Source: Deltaproteobacteria bacterium (GTDB lineage Bacteria; Desulfobacterota; Desulfobacteria; Desulfobacterales; ETH-SRB1). From it: 64,000 bases of DNA. Shown piece after piece: positions 28,734 to 38,737 of the stretch. The translations under genes and the position numbers were made by a program. A model generated the notes under the pieces. The model had not been told where the DNA came from. It searched no databases and worked only from the letters and a program-made list of their open reading frames with translations. The DNA lies in the NCBI GenBank assembly GCA_030262895.1, contig JAJSZW010000001.1, positions 16,360 through 80,359 on the forward strand, read 5' to 3'. Numbering within the stretch: position 1 is the first letter of the stretch; each line of letters starts with the position of its first letter.

Positions 28734-29354
28734 TTATCTGTACTTATCAATTTCTTTTAGAATTTCAGGAGCTACCTCATAACCGAATTTGCTTGCTTTA
28801 TCACAATTTTCAACGGCTTTGTCATATTCACCTTTTTCCAAATACGCTATTGCTAAATTGTTGTAAGCAACTGCAAAATCAGGATCGAGTTCAATTACTT
28901 TTAAATTGGCTTCTATGCTTTCATCAATCAAGCCCGACATTAAATAAGCGCTTGCTAATGTAGAATGAGCCTGAATAAACCTGGAATTAAAAGTGAGAGC
29001 TTTTTTAAGGGCTGCGATAGCTTCTTCCGCCTCTCCCCTTTGAAGATGAACAAATCCCATATTACCATAACCTTCGAAAAAACCGGCCCTTGCCTTTGTT
29101 GCCCGTTTGTTGTATTCAAGGCAGCCGTCCAGGTCACCACGCTGCAGGCAGATCCCTCCAAGTTGTACGTAGGCTTCGGCAAGGCTTGGGCTGCAATCTA
29201 TCGCAGCATGCAGTTCTTTCTCAGCTTCATTGTATTTTTTCTGACCCATCAGGCCTACTGCAAGGTTATAGTGGGATGTTCCGCAATCCGGATTTGAAGC
29301 TACGCCGGTCCGTTGCATAGCAATATATTCTTCGACATTTTTTGCTTTTGGCAT
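28734..29354 (-). CDS. Tetratricopeptide repeat protein
   Basis: Repeated AY.NLG / A..AL...P TPR pattern. Confidence 0.85.
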   Translation of the reverse strand: MPKAKNVEEYIAMQRTGVASNPDCGTSHYNLAVGLMGQKKYNEAEKELHAAIDCSPSLAEAYVQLGGICLQRGDLDGCLEYNKRATKARAGFFEGYGNMGFVHLQRGEAEEAIAALKKALTFNSRFIQAHSTLASAYLMSGLIDESIEANLKVIELDPDFAVAYNNLAIAYLEKGEYDKAVENCDKASKFGYEVAPEILKEIDKYR

Positions 29355-29402
29355 AATTTATTCCTTAAAAATTTTATTTAAAAAGTAGAATAAGATACAT
29401 AA

Positions 29403-29470
29403 GGAACGTGGACGAAATAACTTCCCCAAATCTATGCGCCTACTTTGGGAAGTTATTTCGTCCACGTTCC
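29403..29470. mobile_element. 68-bp palindromic element with TAA duplication
   Basis: TAA|GGAACGTGGACGAAATAACTTCCC ... GGGAAGTTATTTCGTCCACGTTCC|TAA, perfect 24-bp arms. Confidence 0.75.
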
Positions 29471-29706
29471 TAAACGAGATGTCAAAATATTGAAAATTTT
29501 ATTTTGAGTTATTATAAAAATATTATCAACTAAAAACAGATTGAAGTCAATATTTAACTCTATAATATAACATCGATTCTTATCGAAATGTAAATTCAAG
29601 GGGAATATTTTTCCTTGACATGGTTATATATTTTATATAATTTCTTAACGTTATAGACTTATTGGGGGTAAATTTCTTCAACGTTGGGTTCAACAAGGAG
29701 GTTGTT

Positions 29707-30741
29707 ATGATAACAGGATCTTTCACAGCACTTATAACGCCATTTAATGATTTTGCCGTTGATTATGAAAATCTCGATAAGCTTGTGGATTTTCAGATAA
29801 AAAACGGCATAACGGGAATTTTGGCTGTTGGGACAACAGGCGAAAGCCCCTCTTTAACGTGGGATGAACACAATAAAGTTATAGAGAATATCGCAAAAAA
29901 AACAAAAGGTAAATCTGTTTGTATAGCAGGCACTGGAAGTAACAACACCAATGAAACTCTTGGAGCGACTGAGCATGCTGTCGGTGTTGGTGTTGATGCT
30001 GTGTTACTTGTGGACCCATATTATAACGGCCCAAGTTCACTTGAAATACGTAAAGAATATATTGGACCGGTTGCCAGAGCTTTTCCAGATGTTGAGATTA
30101 TTCCTTATGTAATTCCCGGCAGAACAGGCACACAGCTTTTACCTGAAGATTTAGCTTTCCTTAACAAGGAGTTTGGAAATGTTAATACAGTTAAAGAGGC
30201 AACTGGAAATATAGAAAATATGAGACATACCAGAGCTTGTTGCGGAAATAATTTTACCATTCTATCCGGTGATGATGGGATGACATATGATATGATGGTT
30301 GACCCGCAGATAAAAGCAGCCGGGGTTATTTCCGTTGTTTCAAATATCGCCCCAAAAGCTGTTTCTGAAATGGTTAAGTTCCTTGAGCAGGGTAACCAGG
30401 CCGAGGCCCAGAGACTGTTGTCAGCACTTGAACCGCTCTTTAAAATAGTTACTGTAAAAACCAGGGAAGTGACGCCATATGGGGAAGTTGTTTTCAGGGC
30501 AAGGAATCCTCTGGCCATAAAGGTACTGATGGCTATTCTTGGCGTTACATCCGGAGAATGCAGAAAGCCTTTGGGAAAAATAACAAAAAATGGTCTTGAT
30601 ATTGTTATTGAAGCGGCACGAAAGGTTCAGGCTGATAATCCTGAAATATTCCAGCCGGCAGCGGATTTCTTTGGAGTAGATATTGAGGCTCGTCTAAAAG
30701 ATCCTTCAAGCTGTGAAGGACTTTTTTATGAGGAATACTAA
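29707..30741 (+). CDS. dapA: 4-hydroxy-tetrahydrodipicolinate synthase
   Basis: GTTGES, GTGSN, PYYN, Y.IPGRTG, KEATG, SGDD; AAGGAGG SD. Confidence 0.9.
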   Translation: MITGSFTALITPFNDFAVDYENLDKLVDFQIKNGITGILAVGTTGESPSLTWDEHNKVIENIAKKTKGKSVCIAGTGSNNTNETLGATEHAVGVGVDAVLLVDPYYNGPSSLEIRKEYIGPVARAFPDVEIIPYVIPGRTGTQLLPEDLAFLNKEFGNVNTVKEATGNIENMRHTRACCGNNFTILSGDDGMTYDMMVDPQIKAAGVISVVSNIAPKAVSEMVKFLEQGNQAEAQRLLSALEPLFKIVTVKTREVTPYGEVVFRARNPLAIKVLMAILGVTSGECRKPLGKITKNGLDIVIEAARKVQADNPEIFQPAADFFGVDIEARLKDPSSCEGLFYEEY

Positions 30742-30803
30742 GCACAAAGGCATGTAAATGGTCGAGTAGTCAACCACTCGACCATTTTTCCACTCAACCA
30801 GTA

Positions 30804-31598
30804 TCAATCAGATTTCTTCTTTTCTTTTATTTTGAAATCGCCGTCTTTAAAAAAGAGCCACTTCAGCCACTTGATTCCAAATTCTAATAGAGCAATTTCA
30901 TCTTTCTTTATTTTTTCAAGAGTTTCTTTTTCTATATCGTAGCGCTCAAGGAATGAACTTTCAAAAACAAACTCTCTGAACTTGTCAATATTGTAACTAA
31001 CCAAGAAAAACATTTTCTTGCTTTGTTCGGTGAGCATTACATTTTTTGGGAAAGATCTCTTTCTAACCAGCAAATCCGTCCAGCCGGCATTAATTTCATC
31101 GTGGATATCAACACCCTGATTTTTACGCCATTCACGTACAGTCCATATTTTTTCTTCTTCAAAGCCAAGGCAGTGAGGTTCATGTACAAAAAAATAGAAA
31201 TCCTTGTCATCGGCTCCTTCTTTGTGGCTCAACGAAGCAACGCCTAAAGGGTAATAACGACAGGTAGTGGGTCTGTCTTCATAAATTATGCATCCATCAT
31301 CCCTTACAAAAGGGCATGATTTTTCCTCATCGTCCATCAACTTTAAAGTTACAACAGGGAGATCTGTTTTCTCTAAAAGCTGTGGTTCAGTGTAGATTGC
31401 CAGGAATTCTTCTGATGAAAGCTGCAAACGATTTTTTAGCCTGATAATATCATAAGGGGTAAGATTAATGTTAATACCCCTGCAACACTTAGTAAAACAT
31501 TTTACACCCTTATGGCATTCGAACTTAAATTTGTCGTCAAGGCCGAATCTAACAGGTTCAATACCAGCCGTATCGGGCATATTATTTGACATATTCAT
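30804..31598 (-). CDS. YkgJ-family cysteine cluster protein
   Basis: CHKGVKCFTKCC, CPF...GCIIYEDRPTTCRYYP. Confidence 0.85.
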   Translation of the reverse strand: MNMSNNMPDTAGIEPVRFGLDDKFKFECHKGVKCFTKCCRGININLTPYDIIRLKNRLQLSSEEFLAIYTEPQLLEKTDLPVVTLKLMDDEEKSCPFVRDDGCIIYEDRPTTCRYYPLGVASLSHKEGADDKDFYFFVHEPHCLGFEEEKIWTVREWRKNQGVDIHDEINAGWTDLLVRKRSFPKNVMLTEQSKKMFFLVSYNIDKFREFVFESSFLERYDIEKETLEKIKKDEIALLEFGIKWLKWLFFKDGDFKIKEKKKSD

Positions 31599-31774
31599 AT
31601 GTTATTTTTCCTTTCACAGGATTTAGATTGTATCAAAAAGCTTGACCTTTTCCTATCTGAATAAAAAAATGATGTCAATAGATCAGATTTTGTAATACAG
31701 GGCAAACGCATTTGGAAATTTTATTCCTTGATTTAAAGCGGAAATATTCTTATATATCAAAAGTTAAAATATCA

Positions 31775-31955
31775 TAACTACTCAGGTTGGTTAGGCTGAA
31801 GACTGAAGACTGAAGACCTTTAGGGAAAAGACTCCCAGAAGCCAATATTTTCTTAAAGCGGCCTGAAATTTTGTCTTAAACTTAGAGAATAACGCTCAGG
31901 AATCATCTGTTTCCTTCAGCCTTATAGCCTTCAGTCTAAACACCTGAGAACTTAC
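31775..31955. repeat. Family-A element
   Basis: TAACTACTCAGG, (G)ACTGAAG repeats, CCTGAGAACTTAC; longer inverted relative of 57943-58059. Confidence 0.8.
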
Positions 31956-32016
31956 ATATACTTTCCACGGCTATAAACTGCGCTTTTTGAAACGGTCAGG
32001 ATTATAAGGAAAAATT

Positions 32017-32101
32017 AAACCACGAAGGACACGAAGGGGCACGAAGATTAGAATTAATGCTTTTTATAATTTCTTTGTGTTCTTCGTGAGCTTTGTGGTG
32101 A
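32017..32101. repeat. Inverted 9-mer element (CACGAAG / CTTCGTG)
   Basis: AAACCACGAAGGACACGAAGGGGCACGAAG ... CTTTGTGTTCTTCGTGAGCTTTGTGGTG. Confidence 0.7.
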
Positions 32102-32170
32102 AAAAAACATAATAAAAAAGCTCAGATTTTGACCGTTCACAGTATAAATTGGATTTAACCTTTTATTTAT

Positions 32171-32650
32171 ATGAAGAATATATCTATAGCTGAATTTAAA
32201 CCCGGGCGTTTTTTTTTAGGAAAACTTCCTTTTGGCAAGGATTTGATAGCCTCTGTTGAGGATTTCTGTAAAGAAGCCTCAATCCGGATGGCCGTTTTTT
32301 CAGTTATTGGTTCTGTTTCATCTGTTACATTAGGATGTTATGACCAAAAACAACAGGTTTATGTAACTTTCAACGAAGAAGCTCCTCTTGAAATCACAGC
32401 ATGTATTGGTAACGTTTCAATAAAAGAGGGTAGTCCATTTGTACATGCGCACATTGTTTTAAGTGATGAAAAAGGTAAAATCATTGGAGGGCATGTTTTT
32501 TCAGAAACAATTATTTTTGCGGGCGAAATCAGTCTTCAGGAATTAAAAGGAAAGCCATTTGAAAGAGCTTATGATAATAAAACCGGTCTTATGTTATGGA
32601 ATTTATCTGGTAAAATCCGATCATCTATTTCGCTTAATGATGCGGGTTGA
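32171..32650 (+). CDS. PPC domain / DUF296 protein
   Basis: IGSV, GNVS, HAH, GGH motifs. Confidence 0.85.
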   Translation: MKNISIAEFKPGRFFLGKLPFGKDLIASVEDFCKEASIRMAVFSVIGSVSSVTLGCYDQKQQVYVTFNEEAPLEITACIGNVSIKEGSPFVHAHIVLSDEKGKIIGGHVFSETIIFAGEISLQELKGKPFERAYDNKTGLMLWNLSGKIRSSISLNDAG

Positions 32651-32660
32651 GGAGGCTTGA

Positions 32661-33728
32661 GTGCAAATAACTGTTAAAAGATGCGATAAATTGAAACAGC
32701 GGCCGGATGATTCCAGTCTTGGTTTTGGGTCGATATTTACAGACCATATGTTTAATATGGATTACAATCCTAAAGATGGATGGCATAATCCGCGCATAGA
32801 GCCATACTCATCCATCACAATGGATCCGGCGACAATGGTTCTTCATTATGGTCAGTCCATTTTTGAGGGGCTCAAATCTTTCAGGACAGAGTCAGGCATT
32901 ATTCAGCTTTTTCGACCGACAGATAATTTTACGAGGCTGAATAAATCTGCAAGAGCTCTATGCATCCCTGAGGTTGATGAGGACTTTCTCTTTCACGCTT
33001 TGAAACAGTTGCTGAATATTGAAAAGGACTGGGTCCCGAGTGCTCCGGAAACTTCCCTTTATATACGACCGGCAATTATTGCCATGGACCCGTTTCTGGG
33101 GGTACGTGCTTCTCATACCTATCGTTTGTTTATTATTCTTTCACCAGTTGGTGCATATTATAAAGAAGGCTTTAATCCGGTTAAAATCTGGGTAACAAAA
33201 AACCATGTTAGAGCCATACGCGGCGGTGTTGGAAATGTCAAAACAGCCGGAAACTATGCAGCAAGTCTTTATGCCGGCGAAGAAGCCCATAAAAAAGGTT
33301 ATACACAGGTTTTATGGCTTGACGGAGTTGAACATAAATATGTGGAAGAAGTTGGATCCATGAACATATTTTTTGTCATAGATGACGAGATTATTACTCC
33401 AATGTTAACCGGAAGCATACTTCCAGGTATTACCAGAGATTCTGTAATCTTCCTTGCAAAAATGTGGAATTTGAAAGTTGAAGAGAGGAAAATCAGTATA
33501 GACGAATTAATTGATGCACACGAATCAGGCAAGCTTCAAGAGATCTTCGGATCAGGCACCGCTGCCGTTATTTCACCTGTTGGTGAAATAAGATACGCCG
33601 AAAAGGTTTTAACCATAAACGACGGTAAAGTTGGTCCAATGGCAAACAAGTTTTACAATGCCATCACAGACTTACAGTATGGCAGGGCAGAAGATCCTTT
33701 TGGATGGATTGAGGGGGTATTTATTTGA
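32661..33728 (+). CDS. ilvE: Branched-chain amino acid aminotransferase
   Basis: FTDHMF, HYGQSIFEGLK, KTAGNYA, EEVGSMN, ILPGITR, GTAAVI. Confidence 0.95.
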   Translation: MQITVKRCDKLKQRPDDSSLGFGSIFTDHMFNMDYNPKDGWHNPRIEPYSSITMDPATMVLHYGQSIFEGLKSFRTESGIIQLFRPTDNFTRLNKSARALCIPEVDEDFLFHALKQLLNIEKDWVPSAPETSLYIRPAIIAMDPFLGVRASHTYRLFIILSPVGAYYKEGFNPVKIWVTKNHVRAIRGGVGNVKTAGNYAASLYAGEEAHKKGYTQVLWLDGVEHKYVEEVGSMNIFFVIDDEIITPMLTGSILPGITRDSVIFLAKMWNLKVEERKISIDELIDAHESGKLQEIFGSGTAAVISPVGEIRYAEKVLTINDGKVGPMANKFYNAITDLQYGRAEDPFGWIEGVFI

Positions 33729-35128
33729 AGAATCCGAGCGAACCAAAACATTTGCAGTCCTTTATATCAAAAATGAAAAAAGAGGGTATTCAGCCCATAG
33801 TTATTGATACATTTGTATATTATTATGAAAAAGTCGTTGCAGAGGAAAAAGGACTTATTTTTGACAGCGATATAAGACCCATTAATGCAGACGAGATTGA
33901 AGATGCAAGAGATGCATCTGAATATGCAGATGCCGGTGAAAAAGCATTAAAACATGTCGTTATGATAATTTTAAACGGCGGTCTGGGCACAACTATGGGC
34001 CTGACAAAAGCAAAGTCTTTAATACAGGCAAAAAATGACAAGACTTTTCTTGAAATAATATTGGATCAAGCGGAAAAATTCAATGTCAACCTGTGCCTTA
34101 TGAACAGTTTCAGTACTCATCAGGATACAATTTCCGCGCTGTCAATGATTAAACCATCCAGATTTCCCAGATTATTCCTTCAGCATAAGTTTCCCAAAAT
34201 CTTACATCATGATCTTTCTCCTGCAGACTGGCCAGGGAATCGACGCCTAGAGTGGAATCCGCCAGGGCATGGAGATGTTTATACAGCGCTGTTAACGTCC
34301 GGAATCCTTCAGCAACTGCTTGATGAAGGAATTAGATATGCTTTTATTGCAAATTCAGATAATTTAGTCGCCACTATAGACAAATCGCTCCTTGGATTTT
34401 TTTCTGAGAAAGGTTTCCCTTTTATGATGGAGGTCTCGGAAAGGATACCCGTTGATTTCAAAGGAGGACATATAGCCAGACATAAGAACGGCCATTTAAT
34501 TTTGCGTGAATCTGCTCAATGTCCGAAAAGGGATATTGAAAGGTGTAGGGATATAAGTCATTATAAATATTTTAATACAAATAATATCTGGCTTGATTTA
34601 AGATTTTTAAAGAGTTTAATTGAAAAACATGGGACAATTAAACTTCCGATGATCGTGAACCCAAAAAATTTAGATCCAAGAGATGAATTCAGCCCGTCCG
34701 TATACCAGATAGAAACCGCAATGGGATCGGCAATCTCAATTATTGAAGGGTCAACAGCAATCAGGGTTCCCAGATCCCGTTTTTTTCCTGTTAAAACATG
34801 CAATGAACTATTGGCTGTTCGTTCCGACTGCTTTTTATTTTCAGACGATAAACAGCTAATAGTAAACCCGGAAAGAGAACAAGATGATAACTGTTTCAAT
34901 ATAAATATAGATCTTGATCCCAGATATTACAGCAAAATAGATATGTTTAATAAAAGGTTTGCAAACGGCATTCCTTCTTTAATTGACTGCAACTCTTTGA
35001 AAATAATCGGGGATGTGTTTTTTGAGGGAAATGTAAAGATTAAGGGGAATGTTGTAATAAATAACAGGAGCGGGTTTCAGGCAGTTATAAAGGAAGGTAT
35101 GGTTATAGAAAGACACATTGAGTTTTAA
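33725..35128 (+). CDS. UTP-glucose-1-phosphate uridylyltransferase (eukaryote-like UDPGP family)
   Basis: LNGGLGTTMG...KS, WNPPGHGD, NSDNL, KGG, FNTNN, RFFPVKT. Confidence 0.9.
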   Translation: MKNPSEPKHLQSFISKMKKEGIQPIVIDTFVYYYEKVVAEEKGLIFDSDIRPINADEIEDARDASEYADAGEKALKHVVMIILNGGLGTTMGLTKAKSLIQAKNDKTFLEIILDQAEKFNVNLCLMNSFSTHQDTISALSMIKPSRFPRLFLQHKFPKILHHDLSPADWPGNRRLEWNPPGHGDVYTALLTSGILQQLLDEGIRYAFIANSDNLVATIDKSLLGFFSEKGFPFMMEVSERIPVDFKGGHIARHKNGHLILRESAQCPKRDIERCRDISHYKYFNTNNIWLDLRFLKSLIEKHGTIKLPMIVNPKNLDPRDEFSPSVYQIETAMGSAISIIEGSTAIRVPRSRFFPVKTCNELLAVRSDCFLFSDDKQLIVNPEREQDDNCFNINIDLDPRYYSKIDMFNKRFANGIPSLIDCNSLKIIGDVFFEGNVKIKGNVVINNRSGFQAVIKEGMVIERHIEF

Positions 35129-35388
35129 AATTTTCTTGACAAACTTATTTTCAATAAGTAAAGAGACTTCTTTCATTTGACGGCAATAAATTTCAGCCAA
35201 CTAATTAAATGTAATGGTGTTTTATAATCAGCTATTACTGTAACCATAGAGGATTGGATTGAGATGATGTAAATTCTTTTTCTAATTTGGAAATCACAGT
35301 TAATATAAATCCCCATATGGCATAATCCCCAATGCGGGATTTTTTATTTTCAGTTTTTGTAATATTATAAATTCAGGGTAAAAACATT

Positions 35389-37473
35389 ATGGAAAAGACT
35401 TCTCACAAAGTTAGAAACTTAGGCATAAGCGCACATATTGATTCAGGCAAAACCACGCTTACCGAAAGGATTCTCTTTTACACCAAACGCATACATACAA
35501 TACATGACGTGAAAGGAAAAGATGGTGTTGGTGCAACAATGGATTCCATGGAGCTTGAAAAGGAGCGCGGCATAACTATAGCTTCAGCGGCAACATATTG
35601 TGAATGGCAGGACCATGAGATCAATATCATTGATACCCCGGGGCATGTTGATTTTACAATAGAGGTGGAAAGAGCTTTAAAGGTCCTTGACGGTGCAATA
35701 CTTGTTCTGTGTTCTGTGGGAGGTGTTCAGTCACAGTCCATTACTGTTGATCAGCAGATGAAGCGGTACAAAGTGCCTTGTCTGGCCTTTATCAATAAAT
35801 GTGACAGAAGCGGAGCCAACCCTTCCCGTGTAATCGAACAGTTGAAGAACAAGCTTGGGCACAATGCGGTTGCCATGCAGATTCCAATAGGGCTTGAAGC
35901 GGATTTTGAAGGTTTGGTTGACCTGGTTTCTATGAAGGCTGTTTATTTTGATGGTATAAATGGAGAAAATATTCGTGTTGAAGATATTCCTGAGAACCTT
36001 TTGCCGGAAGCCGTTGGAAAGCGTGAAGAACTGATTGATGTTGCTTCTATGTTTTCAGACGAACTCATGGAGGCTGCTCTTGAGGATAACATTACGGATG
36101 AACTCCTTATTTCTGCTGTGCGAAGAGGTACAATCGCCCGCGAAATAACTCCCGTTTTTATAGGATCAGCCTATAAAAACAAGGGGGTTCAGCTGATTCT
36201 TGATGCAGTAACAAATCTTTTGCCCTGTCCATCAGAGATAGAAAATCATGCCCTTGATCTTAGTAATAATGAGGCTGAAGTAATTCTTTCCAATGATTCA
36301 CAAAAACCGCTTGTTGCTTATGCTTTCAAGATAGAAGAAGGACAGTACGGGCAGCTTACCTATGTGCGTGTTTATCAGGGAGCGCTTGCAAAGGGAGATA
36401 CAATTTTTAATATCAGGACCGGAAAAAAGGTAAAAGTCGGCAGGGTTGCTCGCATGCATGCAAACCAGATGGAAGATATCGGGAAAATCTCGGCAGGATA
36501 TATAGGGGCTCTTTTTGGTATTGATTGTGCTTCAGGCGATACTTTTGCGTCTAAAGACGTTAATCTTACCATGACATCCATGTATATACCGGAACCTGTT
36601 ATTTCATTCGCCATTATTCCTAAAGATAGCACGGCTGAAATCAATATGTCCAAAGCCCTGAACCGTTTTTCAAAGGAAGATCCAACCTTTATAACATATG
36701 TAAGCGAGGAGACAGGCGATACAATTATTTCGGGAATGGGAGAGCTGCACCTTGATGTATATATAGAAAGGATGCGTCGCGAGTACAACGCAGAAGTTAC
36801 AACCGGTACTCCTACCGTATCTTATAGAGAAACTATTACGAGACTGGCTGAATTCAACTATACACATAAAAAACAGACAGGTGGCGCCGGGCAGTTTGGC
36901 CGTGTAGCTGGTTATATGGAACCGGTTATTGAAGAAGAATTTGTATTTGAAAACAAAATTACTGGTGGATCAATTCCAACACAGTTTATTCCTGCATGTG
37001 AAAAGGCGTTCAAAAAGTGTCTTGAAAAAGGGCCTAAAATGGAATTCCCGGTTACTGGCATTAAAATTGTTATCAATGACGGACAATCTCATTCTGTTGA
37101 TTCGTCGGAGATGGCATTCCAGGCGGCTGCCCGTGGAGCTTTTCTGGAAGGTTATGCAAAAGCCAAGCCGGTTATTCATGAGCCTATAATGAAGGTTGTT
37201 GTTGAGACACCTACTGAATATCAGGGCGCTGTTATGGGTTCTCTTAACCAGAGGCGGGGAATAATTCTTGCTTCTCAGGATGAAGGTTACATATGTGTTA
37301 TCGAAGCTCAGATTCCTCTTGCTGAGATGTTTGGTTATTCCACTGTATTGAGATCGTTAACTCAAGGTAAGGCTCAGTTTACCATGGAATTTTATATATA
37401 TAAACAGGTCCCCAATTCGATCGCTGAGGAACTGGCAAAAAAGGCCGCGGAAGAAAAGAAGAATGTTGCGTAG
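35389..37473 (+). CDS. fusA: Elongation factor G
   Basis: [39 protein letters not shown]. Confidence 0.95.
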   Translation: MEKTSHKVRNLGISAHIDSGKTTLTERILFYTKRIHTIHDVKGKDGVGATMDSMELEKERGITIASAATYCEWQDHEINIIDTPGHVDFTIEVERALKVLDGAILVLCSVGGVQSQSITVDQQMKRYKVPCLAFINKCDRSGANPSRVIEQLKNKLGHNAVAMQIPIGLEADFEGLVDLVSMKAVYFDGINGENIRVEDIPENLLPEAVGKREELIDVASMFSDELMEAALEDNITDELLISAVRRGTIAREITPVFIGSAYKNKGVQLILDAVTNLLPCPSEIENHALDLSNNEAEVILSNDSQKPLVAYAFKIEEGQYGQLTYVRVYQGALAKGDTIFNIRTGKKVKVGRVARMHANQMEDIGKISAGYIGALFGIDCASGDTFASKDVNLTMTSMYIPEPVISFAIIPKDSTAEINMSKALNRFSKEDPTFITYVSEETGDTIISGMGELHLDVYIERMRREYNAEVTTGTPTVSYRETITRLAEFNYTHKKQTGGAGQFGRVAGYMEPVIEEEFVFENKITGGSIPTQFIPACEKAFKKCLEKGPKMEFPVTGIKIVINDGQSHSVDSSEMAFQAAARGAFLEGYAKAKPVIHEPIMKVVVETPTEYQGAVMGSLNQRRGIILASQDEGYICVIEAQIPLAEMFGYSTVLRSLTQGKAQFTMEFYIYKQVPNSIAEELAKKAAEEKKNVA

Positions 37474-37562
37474 CAATTTATTAGCGGTTCACGATTCACG
37501 GTTTTTTTCAGAAAACAGCGACAAGCAGTAAGATCATTTACCTTAAAGAAAGGAATTTTAAT

Positions 37563-38258
37563 ATGTTAAAAAAGAAACTAATCTTCCGTAATCCTCTGAG
37601 GCTTATGGGGCATAAAGCAGAGGATATTCTTCATTCAGGAGGGTTTGGCGCTGTATTGGCGCGGGCTGGTTTAGGTAAAACAGCAATTCTTGTGCAGTTA
37701 GCGTTGGATAGTCTTCTGAGAAGCAGAAATGTTCTTCACATAAGTTTGGATGATCCAGTAAAAAAAGTGTGCCTGTGGTATGAAGAGGTGTTCCGAAATA
37801 TTGCGGATCAATATAATATTCGTCAGACAGAGCAGTTATGGGAGACCATAGTGTCTAACCGGCTTATAATGACGTTTAAGGTAGATAGCTTTAGCGTGCC
37901 CAAACTTGAAGAAAGGCTGACCGATCTGATAGAGCAGAACATTTTTTTACCGCAGGCAATTCTTATTGACGGCCTTCCATTTGATAAAGACATAAGAGAA
38001 TCTTTAACAGAATTAAAAAAACTTGCTGAAAACCGTTCTATGCATGTCTGGTTTACAGTAAGGACGCACCGCCATGATGAACCTGGTCCGGATGATATGC
38101 CCGCTTCTCTTTTGCACCTGGCTGATCTTTTTGATATTATTATTCAGCTTCAACCCGAAGGAAAAGAAATTCATGTTAAAGCGCTAAAAGGAGGACTTGA
38201 AGCTTGTAACTATCCTGAATTGCTTTTGGATCCTTCTACCATGCTGGTAAAAGGATAG
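37563..38258 (+). CDS. RecA/KaiC-like P-loop protein
   Basis: ARAGLGKT Walker-A variant, ILIDG; follows fusA. Confidence 0.65.
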   Translation: MLKKKLIFRNPLRLMGHKAEDILHSGGFGAVLARAGLGKTAILVQLALDSLLRSRNVLHISLDDPVKKVCLWYEEVFRNIADQYNIRQTEQLWETIVSNRLIMTFKVDSFSVPKLEERLTDLIEQNIFLPQAILIDGLPFDKDIRESLTELKKLAENRSMHVWFTVRTHRHDEPGPDDMPASLLHLADLFDIIIQLQPEGKEIHVKALKGGLEACNYPELLLDPSTMLVKG

Positions 38259-38263
38259 CATTG

Positions 38264-38632
38264 TCAAATCCAGGTTATCATCACCGTTCCAATTACTATT
38301 GAAATTATTCCAAACAGCCTGTAAGTTTGATCCGAAGCTGTATTTAAATACCAGTTCCTGATATTATCAAAAGAATTTTTGGGATTAAAAAGAACAAATA
38401 ATCCTTTGCCTATTGCAATAATTCCAAGAACTACTATGAACCAGAAGCCTTGTGCCTGAAATGCTGAAATAATAAGCAGAAGGCCTATTATAATTGCTGA
38501 AGCTGCAATAATTTTTTCATAATTTTTAGTCAGCACATTTTTAAGCAGCTCTCTGCATTGTATGGTATAAAGAATAAAACATGAACCTGACGCGATCAAA
38601 CTAAAACTAATAAGATAGAGAAACCATTTCAT
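38264..38632 (-). CDS. Small membrane protein (4 TM)
   Basis: 122 aa, hydrophobic; AAGGAG SD. Confidence 0.7.
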   Translation of the reverse strand: MKWFLYLISFSLIASGSCFILYTIQCRELLKNVLTKNYEKIIAASAIIIGLLLIISAFQAQGFWFIVVLGIIAIGKGLFVLFNPKNSFDNIRNWYLNTASDQTYRLFGIISIVIGTVMITWI

Positions 38633-38647
38633 TGCCGATGCACTCCT

Positions 38648-38735
38648 TTCACGGTTTACAGTTAACGGTCTACAGTTAACTGTTGCTCAAAAATATAAAA
38701 CTATTAACTGTAAACCGACAACCGTGAACCGCTAC
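38648..38735. repeat. Family-B inverted heptamer element
   Basis: TTCACGGTTTACAGTTAACGG ... AACTGTAAACCGACAACCGTGAACCGCTAC. Confidence 0.72.
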
Positions 38736-38737
38736 AA

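Noticed and set aside
35140..35388. Possible riboswitch or attenuator in the fusA leader (AATCCCC twice, hairpin plus T-run at ~35324-35346)
   Set aside because: No recognisable riboswitch consensus; it may be a simple terminator-like hairpin.
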